Source of the DNA: Ginkgo biloba
Taxonomy: Eukaryota > Plantae > Ginkgophyta
Direction of reading: 5' to 3'
Assembly: GCA_024626585.2 (NCBI GenBank)
Contig: JANKJI020000002.1
Coordinates: 112,337,605-112,360,065 of the forward strand
Length of the DNA stretch: 22,461 bases
This document shows positions 10,675 to 22,270 of this stretch, piece by piece (the first letter of the stretch is position 1; the number at the start of each line of letters is the position of its first letter). The translations under genes were made by a program, and so were the position numbers. The notes below the pieces were generated by a model. That model worked only from the letters and a program-made list of their open reading frames with translations. It had not been told where the DNA came from and did no database searches.

Positions 10675-12604
10675 TGTGAAGAGGAGAGGGGCCCACTTAT
10701 TGGGTTGACATACCTATAAAGGGTGATGATAGGCACTCTTACTAGGGTGACCCGACGATTTAAATGCGTAGAGGCATACTGGGAATTCCCCGTAAGTACC
10801 CATGGTGAACTAAACTGAGGGGGGAGGAGACAAAGCAATGATTCGCGGGGATTGACCTATTATGGGAAACACTTTACTAAAGAAAATATGCAACAAAAGA
10901 CCAAAACAAAAANNNNNNNNNNNNNNNNNNNNNNNNNNNNNNNNNNNNNNNNNNNNNNNNNNNNNNNNNNNNNNNNNNNNNNNNNNNNNNNNNNNNNNNN
11001 NNNNNNNNNNNNAAAAAGAAAAGGTCACATTAATGATCATTTTCACATATTCAACATAATTCAATCTTGGACATACACCAACAATGCTCAATATATGAAC
11101 AAAATCTTATATATTCATCATAACATATGAAAAATATAATTATAATTGATCGATAAAATATAATATATATACTAATATGGAAGATAAAATACATAAAAAT
11201 TATATTCGTAACTAAAAATCAACATTGTTTGATCTTTAGGTTTAAATAAACATTCAATATAATATACTTAGAGAGGATAATTACTACAACGAATGAGAAT
11301 AACATTCATAACCATGCACCGATATCAATTGATCTTTGGATGTAAAATAATTATCTAAATTAACTTGAGGTAGTTCCCCTTCCATTTGATAATCTTATGA
11401 GAATTGACTGGAATCGATAAGACAAAGGAAACATAGGGAAGGCACATAAGATTGTAGGAAAAATTAATTCTCTCACCAACATTATTTGGCAGAACCAACT
11501 CTCCTATTTAAAATAATAACTTGGAAGAAAAAGGAAGAGAGAGAGAACAAGTAAGGAATGAATATATAAAATATGAAAAAAATAAAACAAAACTCTCCAA
11601 CCCCCTTCCCCCCCTTCATTTATAATGATAATTCCTCTATTCAACCCCTTCTTTCCTAGGTGGTTGGCCACCTACTTTTATCCCTAAAAATGGATCTATA
11701 AAAGATCATGGTTTCCCATGTAACTTCCTCTTTATGAATTTATGAATAGCATATAAACTCTAGCATATTTTATTCCTTAGTGTTTTTTTCCTACTCATGG
11801 TGGTTGGTGAACCTAACATGCTTCTGAAGACTACTCCATAATGTATATGATCACCAATGTAATTACTTCCTTTTTAATATCATATGTTCATTGCAACTAC
11901 CATATTCACTCTTGAATGTTCCCTCCTCCTCACAAAGGTTCTAGTGTGTAACATGGTCTTCGATCCTAATGGAAGATTCCTAGGAGGAATACATTTAAAT
12001 ATCCCTAATAAAAGATAAAATAAAGATGAAGGTGACATTTTTTATGCCAATTAGAATGAAAATAATGGTGCTTCCTTTATTGTGAGATGAGGATGTCACT
12101 TCTTAGATTTGGTGGTGGGTATAAGTTCCTTCATTTTGATTAGAGGCATGTGAATTTTCCATCACATTACTTTCTTATACTTTGAACATGGACCCTCAGT
12201 GAGATGGGATGTGACATAACATGTCAACCCAACAACATGGTGATAGGGGGATTTTACTTGCTCGGTCTTCATCTTTGATGTATTACAAATGGGAAGCCCA
12301 AAAACCTGAAGTCCCAAACTTTATTTAATTGATCAAAATATCCTCTCAGATCCATACACCTTTGCCACTTCCCTTGTATATACATTCATTTGTAAATAAC
12401 CCAACCCTTTGAGACCTAAAACTTTATTAATCCTACTTTATTAACCTTTTAGATATGCATGCCTTATGACTTGACAAATACCATAGTGTGAGACATTAGA
12501 TTCCCTTTTGAATTGTATTTCAACAGATTTTGGGTTCATGGTTCTTTGGAGGTTATTAAGAAAGAGTGCCAAGTGCATCTACTAAAATTTTTCAAACCTC
12601 TAAA
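10675..12604 (-). mobile_element. Long LTR family A, copy 2 (5' LTR; U5 end at 10675; contains a gap)
   Basis: The terminal TG at 10675 (CA on the minus strand) is adjacent to the PBS. 11480-12604 aligns with copy 1, and 10675-10890 aligns with 13798-14015. Continuity across the gap at about 10913-11012 is assumed. Confidence 0.7.
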
Positions 12605-12704
12605 NNNNNNNNNNNNNNNNNNNNNNNNNNNNNNNNNNNNNNNNNNNNNNNNNNNNNNNNNNNNNNNNNNNNNNNNNNNNNNNNNNNNNNNNNNNNNNNN
12701 NNNN

Positions 12705-13771
12705 ATTTTGATTCGAGGTGTGTGAGGGGGCCATTACATTAACTACTTATACTTTGAACATGGAACCTTAGTGAGTTGGGATGTGACACCATCTATCTAT
12801 AAATGTGTCAACTTGAAAAAATGCTACTCATGGTTTTTAATTGATTAGTCTTCACTCTTAATGTATTATAAGTGGGAGTCCTAAAAACCCAAAGTTCTAA
12901 ACTCTAGATGATCATTCCCAAGGAAGGCAAAATGTGGAGTTTTTATAACCTAGATTTTATTCCTCCATTTGGGTCAGTGAAACTTCAACACTTTTATGCA
13001 GGTTGCACCTCCACCAATTCCCAAAAAATCTATAGTAGAAATCATTATTTTCTCATTGGGGATTTAAGAATCACTTTGGTACTCTTCAAAGAGGACCCAC
13101 TTTCTTCTAATGCATGGACCTCCAAAACCTAAACTTTATTTAATTGAGCACAATATCCTTTCAAGGCCATAAAAATTTGGTGATTCCCTTAGGCATATCC
13201 AATTTCAAATCATGGTTCATTAACCTTCCATATATGATTGCTTCATGACTTGAAAATAAAGGAATCAATGCAAGACCTTAGACCCCCTTTTTAATTTTAT
13301 TTCACTAGATTTTGGGTCCATGATAATCGATACTTTTTAAGACAAGGCCTCAAGCTCCTTCACTTTATCTCTCTCAAACGTCAAAAATTTAAAGTCATTA
13401 TTAACCACACTTCATTCCTCTTTGGGTTTGCGGTGTTTTAGAGGTTATTGATAAGGAGTATTAAGCACATCTGCTAAAATTTCTTGAAACTTCAAAAATA
13501 TAAAACTTGAAGCTTTAAGTTTCTTTTGTTGAAGATGGTCCAATGCATTACTTTATGACACCTCTCCTTGGTTAGCCCATTTATATGGAGCATGCACTTG
13601 TATATTTATTTAAAGGATTAACAACATCTATAAAGTGGACTTTTAACAACTCTTCAATTGCTAGTTTAATTCAATATTATTAATGACAACTTACATGCCA
13701 TATTATTTATTCTTACAATATTTAACACAAAACCCCTTCCTCTATGGAGCTACCCTTTATTAAGAATAACA
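12705..13771 (-). mobile_element. Long LTR family A, copy 3 (U3 start at 13771, preceded by a PPT-like tract at 13772-13787)
   Basis: Aligns with 9732-10470 and 12134-12604. The minus strand reads GCAAGGAAACTAGAGAG|TGTTATTCTTAA, a purine-rich tract followed by a TG start. Confidence 0.7.
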
Positions 13772-13797
13772 CTCTCTAGTTTCCTTGCAAAGAATTA

Positions 13798-14020
13798 CAT
13801 GAAGAGAAGAAAATAATTTCCAATGGTTAACACATTTATAGAGGGAGCCACCAAGAATTTTATAGAAATGACCTTGCAGGGTATAACCATACTTAGGTAT
13901 ATTGGGAAGTCTCTTTGAGCACCTATGGGAAGAAAAATTGAGGGAGAGAAGAGGGGAAAAATTTATTCATGGGAATCATCTTCCCATTGGAAACACTTAG
14001 CTAGAGAGAATTTATTATGA
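13798..14020 (-). mobile_element. Long LTR family A, copy 4 (diverged U5 end)
   Basis: ggtatattgggaagtctctttgagcacctatgggaagaaaaattgagggagag and ggaaacacttagctagagagaat match ggcatactgggaattccccgtaagtacccatggtgaactaaactgagggggg and ggaaacactttactaaagaaaat at 10773-10887. Confidence 0.6.
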
Positions 14021-15659
14021 AAGAAAAATTAAAGAGGGGACCCAATATGGGAAGGTTAATAGGGTTAACACTCCCTTGGTGGCCTTAAGTAAACTCCATA
14101 ATGGATGGGAGAACCTACAATAATGAATGTAAAATAAAATAAGACAATATGTGTTCCAAGGAAATAGATATGTAACACAAAATAAGGGTCTCTAGATTAA
14201 AATCATATAATGAGAGATCACCTGTGACTCTCGAGATAGGATTTGGGTAGAATAGGGTCAATNNNNNNNNNNNNNNNNNNNNNNNNNNNNNNNNNNNNNN
14301 NNNNNNNNNNNNNNNNNNNNNNNNNNNNNNNNNNNNNNNNNNNNNNNNNNNNNNNNNNNNNNATAAAACTAAAGTAAGACTTTGATCTCATAGAAGTATA
14401 TTTTATAAATGGAGACAATGTGATAATAAAATATGAATGTTGTTATTGAGTGAGGATTATAAAATAGAATGAATGTTAATCCTATCCGCCTTCTTTCTTA
14501 TAATAAGCAGACATAAAAAAATGGATGGTTGAAATGCCTCAATTATGTCAAGATATAAAGTGTAATAATGCTTAAACCTTATGAAGGTTATGTGTTTAGT
14601 CTTCTCAATTAATATCTATAGGATAGGTATAAGAAATAATTGATGATAAATTCCTTCAAATTATAATGTATATGCCATAATAACGATCCTCCCTTTTTTT
14701 AAAACTTGTAAATAAGGGGCATTTATATAATAAATGATCATCATGACCTTGACTATGGTGGTAGATCATAAGATGCCACAAGGGTATGTTTCAATACAAG
14801 ATAAACTCTCATGGGTTATGAACCTATATGTCATGTAGATAATAATGTCATAATCCTCTATTACCTATAATAACATAAGGGGAAAACTATAAATGTATGT
14901 TGGGTGAGGTATAGTATGAATGAGCTAATGAAGTATCATAAAATAATCATAATTTAAGTCCAAATATGTGAAGAGCCTATGTGGAAAGATAAAACATAAT
15001 GCAATCAAAGGGTCATGTGAGGGACTATAAGAGAAATACATGGGGATGATTTATAAATGATGTGTGCACATATAATACTAGTAACAAGTGGAGTAATATC
15101 ACATAATAAGATGCAAATGTAAGCAATTGTGGCATAAATGGTACATTTACATACTATAATAATGTTCAAAATATATAATGTAATCTCATATATGTACACA
15201 ATAATGGTGAAAATAATTATGTATATAGTTGGTGTTTAATTTAGTTTTTCTATGGTATGAATTTCAAGGATTTTATGTAAAGAAAGAATATTCTTTTAGG
15301 AAGGAATAATCTATTTTAGAAAATGACATATATTTATTCCTAGAAATAGATTATATCTGTGTTAATTCACCATTATGGGTGAGAGTAAATGTTATAAATG
15401 AATGATTTTACCTTGTTATCTATGTTGTGATATGAATAATGTGTTGTGTTATATTGAAGTGAAAGAAAATGCATAGTGTAGTTTAATGGAAAGAACACTG
15501 TGAATTTTGAATTGTGAAGAACTGAAGAATAGACTAATAAACATTGATTTTATTTCCAAAGGGAGTATGGTCNNNNNNNNNNNNNNNNNNNNNNNNNNNN
15601 NNNNNNNNNNNNNNNNNTAATTAACATAAATTCAGTCTAAAATTAGAAAAGAATTATAC

Positions 15660-15800
15660 AATCTTCATAAAACATTAGAATATGCTTATATTACTAGTGG
15701 TAATTTGGTCATTTAGAAGATTTTATTGATCTTTTCATAGTTTAGACTGAAGAATCGGTTGAAGGTTATGCATGAAGGATTTTATAAGTTTTCTCAAGAT
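15660..15800 (+). pseudogene. Possible retrotransposon gag remnant
   Basis: Reads KTLEYAYITS.../EDFIDLFIV*TEESVEGYA*RIL. With CAG>TAG and CGA>TGA restored this gives QTEESVEGYARRI, resembling the Q-x-x-ESVxxYxxRF gag motif. Confidence 0.3.
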
Positions 15801-16011
15801 AATGGTTAAAGGATCATCAAAGGGGATAATAACAATAATTTGGGAGTCTAATAATGAGTCCTGACTTTAAATGAAGGAAATATTTGAAGTCTGAAGATTA
15901 AAGAAANNNNNNNNNNNNNNNNNNNNNNNNNNNNNNNNNNNNNNNNNNNNNNNNNNNNNNNNNNNNNNNNNNNNNNNNNNNNNNNNNNNNNNNNNNNNNN
16001 NNNNNNCCTAT

Positions 16012-17300
16012 CTCAATTCATGATAAAGTATTCCTTGTAAGTGAAACTTCATCTTAGCTACATTCTTCTCGTCTTTATCTCAACTCCATGTTTCTTAGTT
16101 TCAATCCTTGCCTACTGTTGGTGTCTTCAAAATATCAGTCTATACCCATTTCCATCCTCCTTATATATTTTTTTATTCTTCTCTATTTGCTAGCCTTTTC
16201 TTTTTTATTTTTCACACTCTTTATCCTCTACAAGGTGTTGGATCACACTTGGTGAATAGGTAATGGTGTCTCCTTCTCTCCATTACCACTTATTTCCTTA
16301 ATATCTCCATTGAGTTCTAGGATTCATCATTTATCCTTTACACTCTTACTATTTCTTATCTCCTTTAAATCATTATGAAGTTGTCTCATGGTCGATGATC
16401 TACTTGCATTCCTCCTCCCCTTGAAATGTGACTACCTCAAGGTTGACACTTTGCCACTTCTCTTATTCTTTGCTCCTTCTTCCTCTTCTACTACTTCCCC
16501 TTGTGTCTCCCTCTTCTTCTCATCACTTCCTTTTCTCTTACTCTTTTTATTTTGCACCCCTACTTCTCTCTCCTTTCTTCTCCCCTCCAATTGCAACTAT
16601 ATGTGCCACCAACTCTAGATACCAATGCCTCTTCTCCCATATCATGGTTGGTGAACCTCATAATGGCCTTCCAAAAAATATTTTCCATTAGGATATTGTA
16701 ATAACTCTCCTCATATCTGAGTGTATTCTCCCTTTGGATCTCCTTAGTGATTCTAGAGTACTTTTATTGTAGTTATAGGTGTAATAATTGATCCTTGCTT
16801 CAAGATGTATTTAGATCTTCTTCATTTAAGAAAAATGGGTTGTAGATCCTCACCTAATCTCCACTCAACCTTGTATTTATGGCATAATATATATATGACT
16901 ATTATAATTGAGATGGCATACAAATTTAAATTGTTACATGTTAGCCTCACTATCTTTCAATGTTTCAAGGATCCCCATATCCTTCTATTGTGTTCTGGCA
17001 TCTTGCTAAGATTATAAAACCCAAACTCTCACTCCCAAAGTCTTTGGATGTGAGACTCTTTATTAACTGAATTTTATATCTCTTTAGTGCATCCATGGCT
17101 TTATAGGATCCCAATCCACCTATCTCTTCTTCTGGTTCTTGGAATGTCTAAACTCTAAAAGTGACCTTTAAGGTCTTTAGATCTATGTCCTTATCTTCAC
17201 TAGAGTTCACTTCTACTTTTGGGTCCATGGGGCATGAGCAAACAAAGTATCCATGCCTTTCTCTGAATCTCCAAATTCTTAAATTCTCAAGATTTTATCC
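16012..17300 (-). mobile_element. Retrotransposon-derived unit B, copy 1 (LTR-like 16626-17300, PBS 16611-16624, purine-rich leader)
   Basis: The minus strand reads ...gaggCA t TGGTATCTAGAGTT. It is colinear with 17507-18590, sharing cctcaaggttgacact, gtgccaccaactctagat and gtttcaatccttgcc. Confidence 0.7.
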
Positions 17301-17506
17301 TTTACCTTGATCTATGTGCCATGGATAAGGAATAGCTCCCTCTNNNNNNNNNNNNNNNNNNNNNNNNNNNNNNNNNNNNNNNNNNNNNNNNNNNNNNNNN
17401 NNNNNNNNNNNNNNNNNNNNNNNNNNNNNNNNNNNNNNNNNNNTTGGAGGTTTTCTACAAGCTTATACATTGGGTCACCTCATGTTGGTGCCTATCATAA
17501 ACCATG

Positions 17507-18590
17507 ACAATTCATATTTCGTAAGAAAAACTTTAACTCCACTACAAATTGGTTTTCTCCTTCTCAGCCACAAGTTTCTTTGTTTCAATCCTTGCCCATA
17601 GTCAACAACCTTCTCTTCTACATTGTGCTACCTCTCGGTCAGTAAATCTGCACTAACATCTCCTTCTCCCCTTATCACTCCTTTTCTCAATATGTCCCTT
17701 GATTTTCTAGCTTTGTCACTCTCCTATGCGCTTCTACATTTTCCTCACAACCTCTATACTCTTATATGCACTTCTTTCCCTCCTTTTGTTCTCTGCGAAA
17801 CTGCCTCACGGTTGGTAATTTGCTTGCATTACTATGTCTTAAGGATTGTGACTGCCTCAAGGTTGACACTGTGTCACCTCCTTTATTCTTTTCTCCTTTT
17901 TCCTCTTCGACTGTTTTCCCTTATGTCTCCCTCTTCTTCTCCTTACTTGCTGCTCTCATACTCTTTTTCTATTGTGCCTCTACTTCTCTCTTTTCCCCTC
18001 TCTCTACTTCTTTTATCCCCTTGCACTTATAAGTGCCACCAACTCTAGATGCCAATGTCTTATCTCCCATGTTATGGTTAATTGACCTCATCATGACCTT
18101 CCAACGATTCCTTGCCATTATGACACTACAACGTCTTTCTTCTCCTCTATGTGCCTTCTCCCTTCGACTCTCCTTTGCGCTTATTGAGTACATCACTAGC
18201 CGTTAGAGGTGTAATAGTTGATCCTCACCTCAAGGCATTTTAAACCTTTTGCATTTATGAGGTGAGGGCTCTGGATCCTTACTCAATCTCTACCTGACCT
18301 TACATGTGTGACATCATCCGAATGTGACTATTGTTGTTGAGCTAGGGTAAGGCTCTAACAAGCCACATGTCCTCCTTGCGATTTCAGTGTTTCGAGGATT
18401 TCCACAACTCCATCTCCTTTCGTTGCGCTTTGCTCCTTGCAAGATTCCTAAAAGCCAACTCCGAACATCACCTTCGAAGTCTTTGAATTTGAGTCCCTTT
18501 CTTTACTAGAGTTCATTTCTCCCTTCGAGTCCCCAAGGTGTGAACCCAGCAATGCATCCACTCGCAATCCCCAATCTCCGATAAACTCAT
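17507..18590 (-). mobile_element. Retrotransposon-derived unit B, copy 2 (LTR-like from 18056, PBS 18041-18054)
   Basis: The minus strand reads ...aagaCA t TGGCATCTAGAGTT. The PBS is offset by 1430 bp from copy 1. This copy retains visibly more CpG than copy 1. Confidence 0.7.
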
Positions 18591-18867
18591 TTTTTTTTTA
18601 CATGGACATGGTGCCTTCCACTTAAATATCCCCTATTCTTCTTTTTGGGTCCATGCCTAGTTAGTAAGCTTATTTTCTCTCTCTCCTCTATGGGTTCCTT
18701 TGATTGGGATTTTTCCATTAGGACTTTTCCTTGCGTGCATCCTTCCTTCACTTAATAATTTCCAAATATTAAAAATTAATACAACACAAGACCTTAATAT
18801 TCTAAAAAGGATTTGACATGGGGCCTTGGGTGCCCCCTTCCCTTAACNNNNNNNNNNNNNNNNNNNN

Positions 18868-19584
18868 ACCCTAACTTTGGGTCTGTGGGAATTGATTCCC
18901 CATTTTTTTCTTCATGTTGAGCCACCGTGTTCAATCCTTGAAGCTCCAATTGACCATATTTGCAAGAAAATATCCTCCACTTTATATATATATTAGGTCC
19001 ATGAGATATCCATACAAATTATATTTAACAAAACCTCTAGTCTTCTAAAATCCAAAAGTCTGGATCCTTACTTCTCCACTAAAATTATGATAAAAATTGC
19101 ACTTCGTGAGTGCGACAGGGATGCTTCCACATTAATATCCTTATTTATACCTCTTGGAATATCTTCTTAGATTCTTCCTATATAAATATTTTTTCTACTT
19201 CTGTCTTAGCATCAACTCTTAATCTCGTCCTTTATGATTTTCTTACAACTAAGAACTTCCACATGTGCACATGTAAATACACATGACCTTAACCTAACTC
19301 ATCTTCCTTTTTTTAGGGGTCTCATAATGAACCCAAACCCTATTATATCCTTATATCCTTCTTCTTTTTTACTTATCACATGTTCCTTCTTGTATATTTG
19401 TAAACCTTATGCACGGAGGACATGTGTCACACATGCGAGGCCTCCTTCTTCTATATAATCCTCCTACAATCTCATAGAAGGGATGTCAATTATTATTATT
19501 GTATTTTTGTACTCGAGAGGTTCCACCCTTGAAATCGCTGAGCAATACATTGTGAGTTTGTTCTATTATTTCCGAGTTCTTGAG
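18868..19584 (+). mobile_element. LTR-like fragment (U3/TATA/R)
   Basis: CTATATAA at about 19451 follows an AT-rich U3-like stretch and precedes a T-rich R/U5-like segment. Both ends lie in gaps, so no termini are visible. Confidence 0.35.
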
Positions 19585-19684
19585 NNNNNNNNNNNNNNNN
19601 NNNNNNNNNNNNNNNNNNNNNNNNNNNNNNNNNNNNNNNNNNNNNNNNNNNNNNNNNNNNNNNNNNNNNNNNNNNNNNNNNNNN

Positions 19685-19715
<31 letters not shown>
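19685..19715 (+). repeat. (AG)n microsatellite, truncated by a gap
   Basis: About 15 uninterrupted AG units directly after the N-run. Confidence 0.95.
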
Positions 19716-19718
<3 letters not shown>

Positions 19719-20572
19719 AGAAAATATCTAAGAAAAATCCATGGAAAGTGCTGTGGGAGCCATCCACTAGTGGAAATAGAGAAAAGGATCTATGGAAAGT
19801 GCTATGGGATCCATCCATTGGTAGAAATAGAGTATGGATTCATGGAATATATTTATGGAAGCCATTTAATGGTGGGGATTGAGAATATAAAAGAGAAAAT
19901 TATAGAGGCATTCGATGAAGGTGGGTAATGAGGATTCTACCCAAGAGTAGATCAGATTAATGTAGAGAGTTCTCTCAGGTAGATTCACTTTCACTAAGTG
20001 AATATAATAAATAATGAAGAGTGACAACGATGGAGAATTTTGCTGAGAGGAAATATCTAGTGATGTAGATTCTTCTAGGTGAAGGTNNNNNNNNNNNNNN
20101 NNNNNNNNNNNNNNNNNNNNNNNNNNNNNNAAAAAAGGATGATGTTAAGAAAATACACTAAGGGAGGTAGCTAAAAGGTTCAAGGGTAGTGGTCCGATGA
20201 AATATATTTATTATTTTGTTATTATTCTGTGTTGTGGCCCTCTCATAGTGAGGAAGAGCCACAGAGGCTATTCTAAGGATATCTAATATTTTAAATATTA
20301 ATGACATCTAGATTTTTATTCCCCATGAGGTTTTCTTTAGTTAAAAATATTGTTCTCCTATCTTGTGGGATGTTTATTTTTTAACTTAATTAATCCTATG
20401 ATGTTTGTGGGTGCTAACTATGGGTTAATTATTTAAGCTTTCACATCTTGTGCTTGAGTGATAGTCTGATGTTCCATGTTGGGAGCCCCATCTGGTTTTA
20501 AATATCTTAGAAGGCAATGTGATGGTGACATCTAGAGGCTAGAGGATGAGTGTCCTTGATTGCTCTGCATCA
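19716..20572 (+). mobile_element. 5' LTR (3' part) of a TGATG...CATCA-type gypsy element
   Basis: Ends ...ctctgCATCA at 20572, followed by the PBS. It contains 51-bp repeats (19741, 19792) shared with 22271-22461. Continuity across the gap at about 20087-20130 is assumed. Confidence 0.7.
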
Positions 20573-20574
20573 TT

Positions 20575-20586
20575 TGGTATAAGAGC
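20575..20586 (+). other. Primer binding site (tRNAi-Met type)
   Basis: TGGTATAAGAGC is an 11/12 match to canonical TGGTATCAGAGC and sits 2 nt after the LTR-terminal CA. Confidence 0.85.
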
Positions 20587-20758
20587 CAAGAGTTTTGGCA
20601 TCTAAAAATAGAACACCATTGAGCTGATTGAACAACAAAAACCCATAGGCATGCATGCGATAAAGTAAGTATGTATAGAGCGTGGGCAACATGAATTAGG
20701 AAAGCCTCAATATATTAGAGAAGAAGTGGCCTATGAGTAGGAGCTCATGTCTTTTTAT

Positions 20759-20771
20759 AAGGAAGGGAGTA
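20759..20771 (+). other. Polypurine tract (PPT)
   Basis: AAGGAAGGGAGTA lies immediately before TGATGTAGG and is preceded by a T-run. Confidence 0.8.
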
Positions 20772-21764
20772 TGATGTAGGAGCATCCTAGTAGCACCTTG
20801 CATAGTGCTTAATTTTGGTGTGAGAAGTAGCCTTGGTAGAAGCAACTGGGTTTTTTTTTTGGTCTTTTATTTAGCCTGGGGTTTTATGAGAGTAGCGCTG
20901 GATTATGGTTGATCTTTTGAGAAGGGACATGCCTTTTGGTGAAAATTTGCGTCAGTGGGTAAATTAAGAAGACCAACATCATTAGACCCAAGTGATGACA
21001 TGAAAAGTTTAGAACCAACCTTATTGGGGTAAGATTTGGACCAACGTCATTGAGTTATCGGACCTCAGGATATTGCGCTATCAGGCTCTTTGATGATCTA
21101 GGAATGGTGTATGGCATATACATCCCTCAGACCCAAAAGATATTTTCAATGTGACTCTGGGGAACCTTTGAGTTTTATAAGTTGAAGGGTTCACAATAAA
21201 AGGAGGAATGAGGTAGAGGAGAGATAGAGTTTGGGGATTGAGAAACAAGCATTTACGAGTGAAGATGCCTCACATAACTCCCTATGAAACCGAGGACTTT
21301 ATGTAAAATAATTTTGGGGGCTGCCATTTTTAAAAGGAATAAAATTAAAAGGAGAGAGAAGGATATCAATCCATCGGGATTTTGATGTATCAAAGGTTCC
21401 AAGGAGAGGCACGCTAATAACCTTACAAACTCCTAATTCAGTGGACACGAAAAGAAATAAAATTAAGTTTATAAAGACACATTTTATTTATGAAGGCACA
21501 GGCCATAAAGGAAATTATGTAGCCTTTATTAATTGCAAGAGTGGGTGAATCATTCATAAGAAGTGGCACCATTAAGATTTCACCTACTAGGTGAACCTAG
21601 ACTAGAGGAGAATGCCAGAAGGCCATTGTAGGACATTAAGGGATGAAAGTTGTTGGAGTAGTAATTGGTCATCTGACAGAGCCGTTGGGAGTAGAGGAAT
21701 GTTGGCGCCATAACCATTGGCACCTAGTTATTTGAAGGTCAAGCATAAAATCCCAGAGCACAAA

Positions 21765-22010
21765 GGAGAAAGGGTTCCACATTTTGGGTGTAGTGGACCT
21801 ACAGATAGGATAGGTTCCATAGTTTGCTGAGGTAGATCCATTGGCAGAGAAAGGTTCCATATTTTTATCACAGTGGAGCCTCAAATAGACATAAATATTT
21901 CCACATTTTGTGGTGGTGGAGCCACGGTTAGTCTGAGGAGAGGTACCCCATTTTGTTTAGCGAGGTTCCATAATTTTGGCTTGGTTCCACATTTTATTAC
22001 AATGGAGATG
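21765..22010 (+). repeat. Degenerate array with a GGTTCCACATTTT core, about 7 copies
   Basis: Core variants occur at about 21773, 21813, 21853, 21897, 21943, 21964 and 21982. Spacing is about 40-45 bp, then shorter. Confidence 0.7.
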
Positions 22011-22270
22011 TTGGTGAGCCGATAATGGTTCTGCATTTTGACAAGGTGAAGGAAATCCAACAAGGATGGAGACAGTGCATGGGTTGGTTAGTTAGTTTGG
22101 AGAGTTTCACCGTTGGTAGAGGCGAAGGGCTTCATCGATGGTAGAGACGAAAGAGTTGGTTGTGGAGGATTCATTGTGTGGAATGCGATAGCAGAGGCTA
22201 GAGGTCATAGGTCAAAGGTTCGAGTTCACCCATGTAATTTGATGTTAAACGTCGACCATGTATAGAAGAT

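Noticed and set aside
14363-15572. AT-rich stretch with CTATAAAT at about 14888, possibly another LTR
   Set aside because: No termini, PBS, PPT or second copy is visible, and both ends lie in gaps.
16388-18196. Leu/Ser/Phe-rich ORFs (up to 141 aa) that look like membrane proteins
   Set aside because: They are translations of a CT-rich strand that is poor in stop codons. Several overlapping frames are open, and they lie antisense to a retroelement leader.
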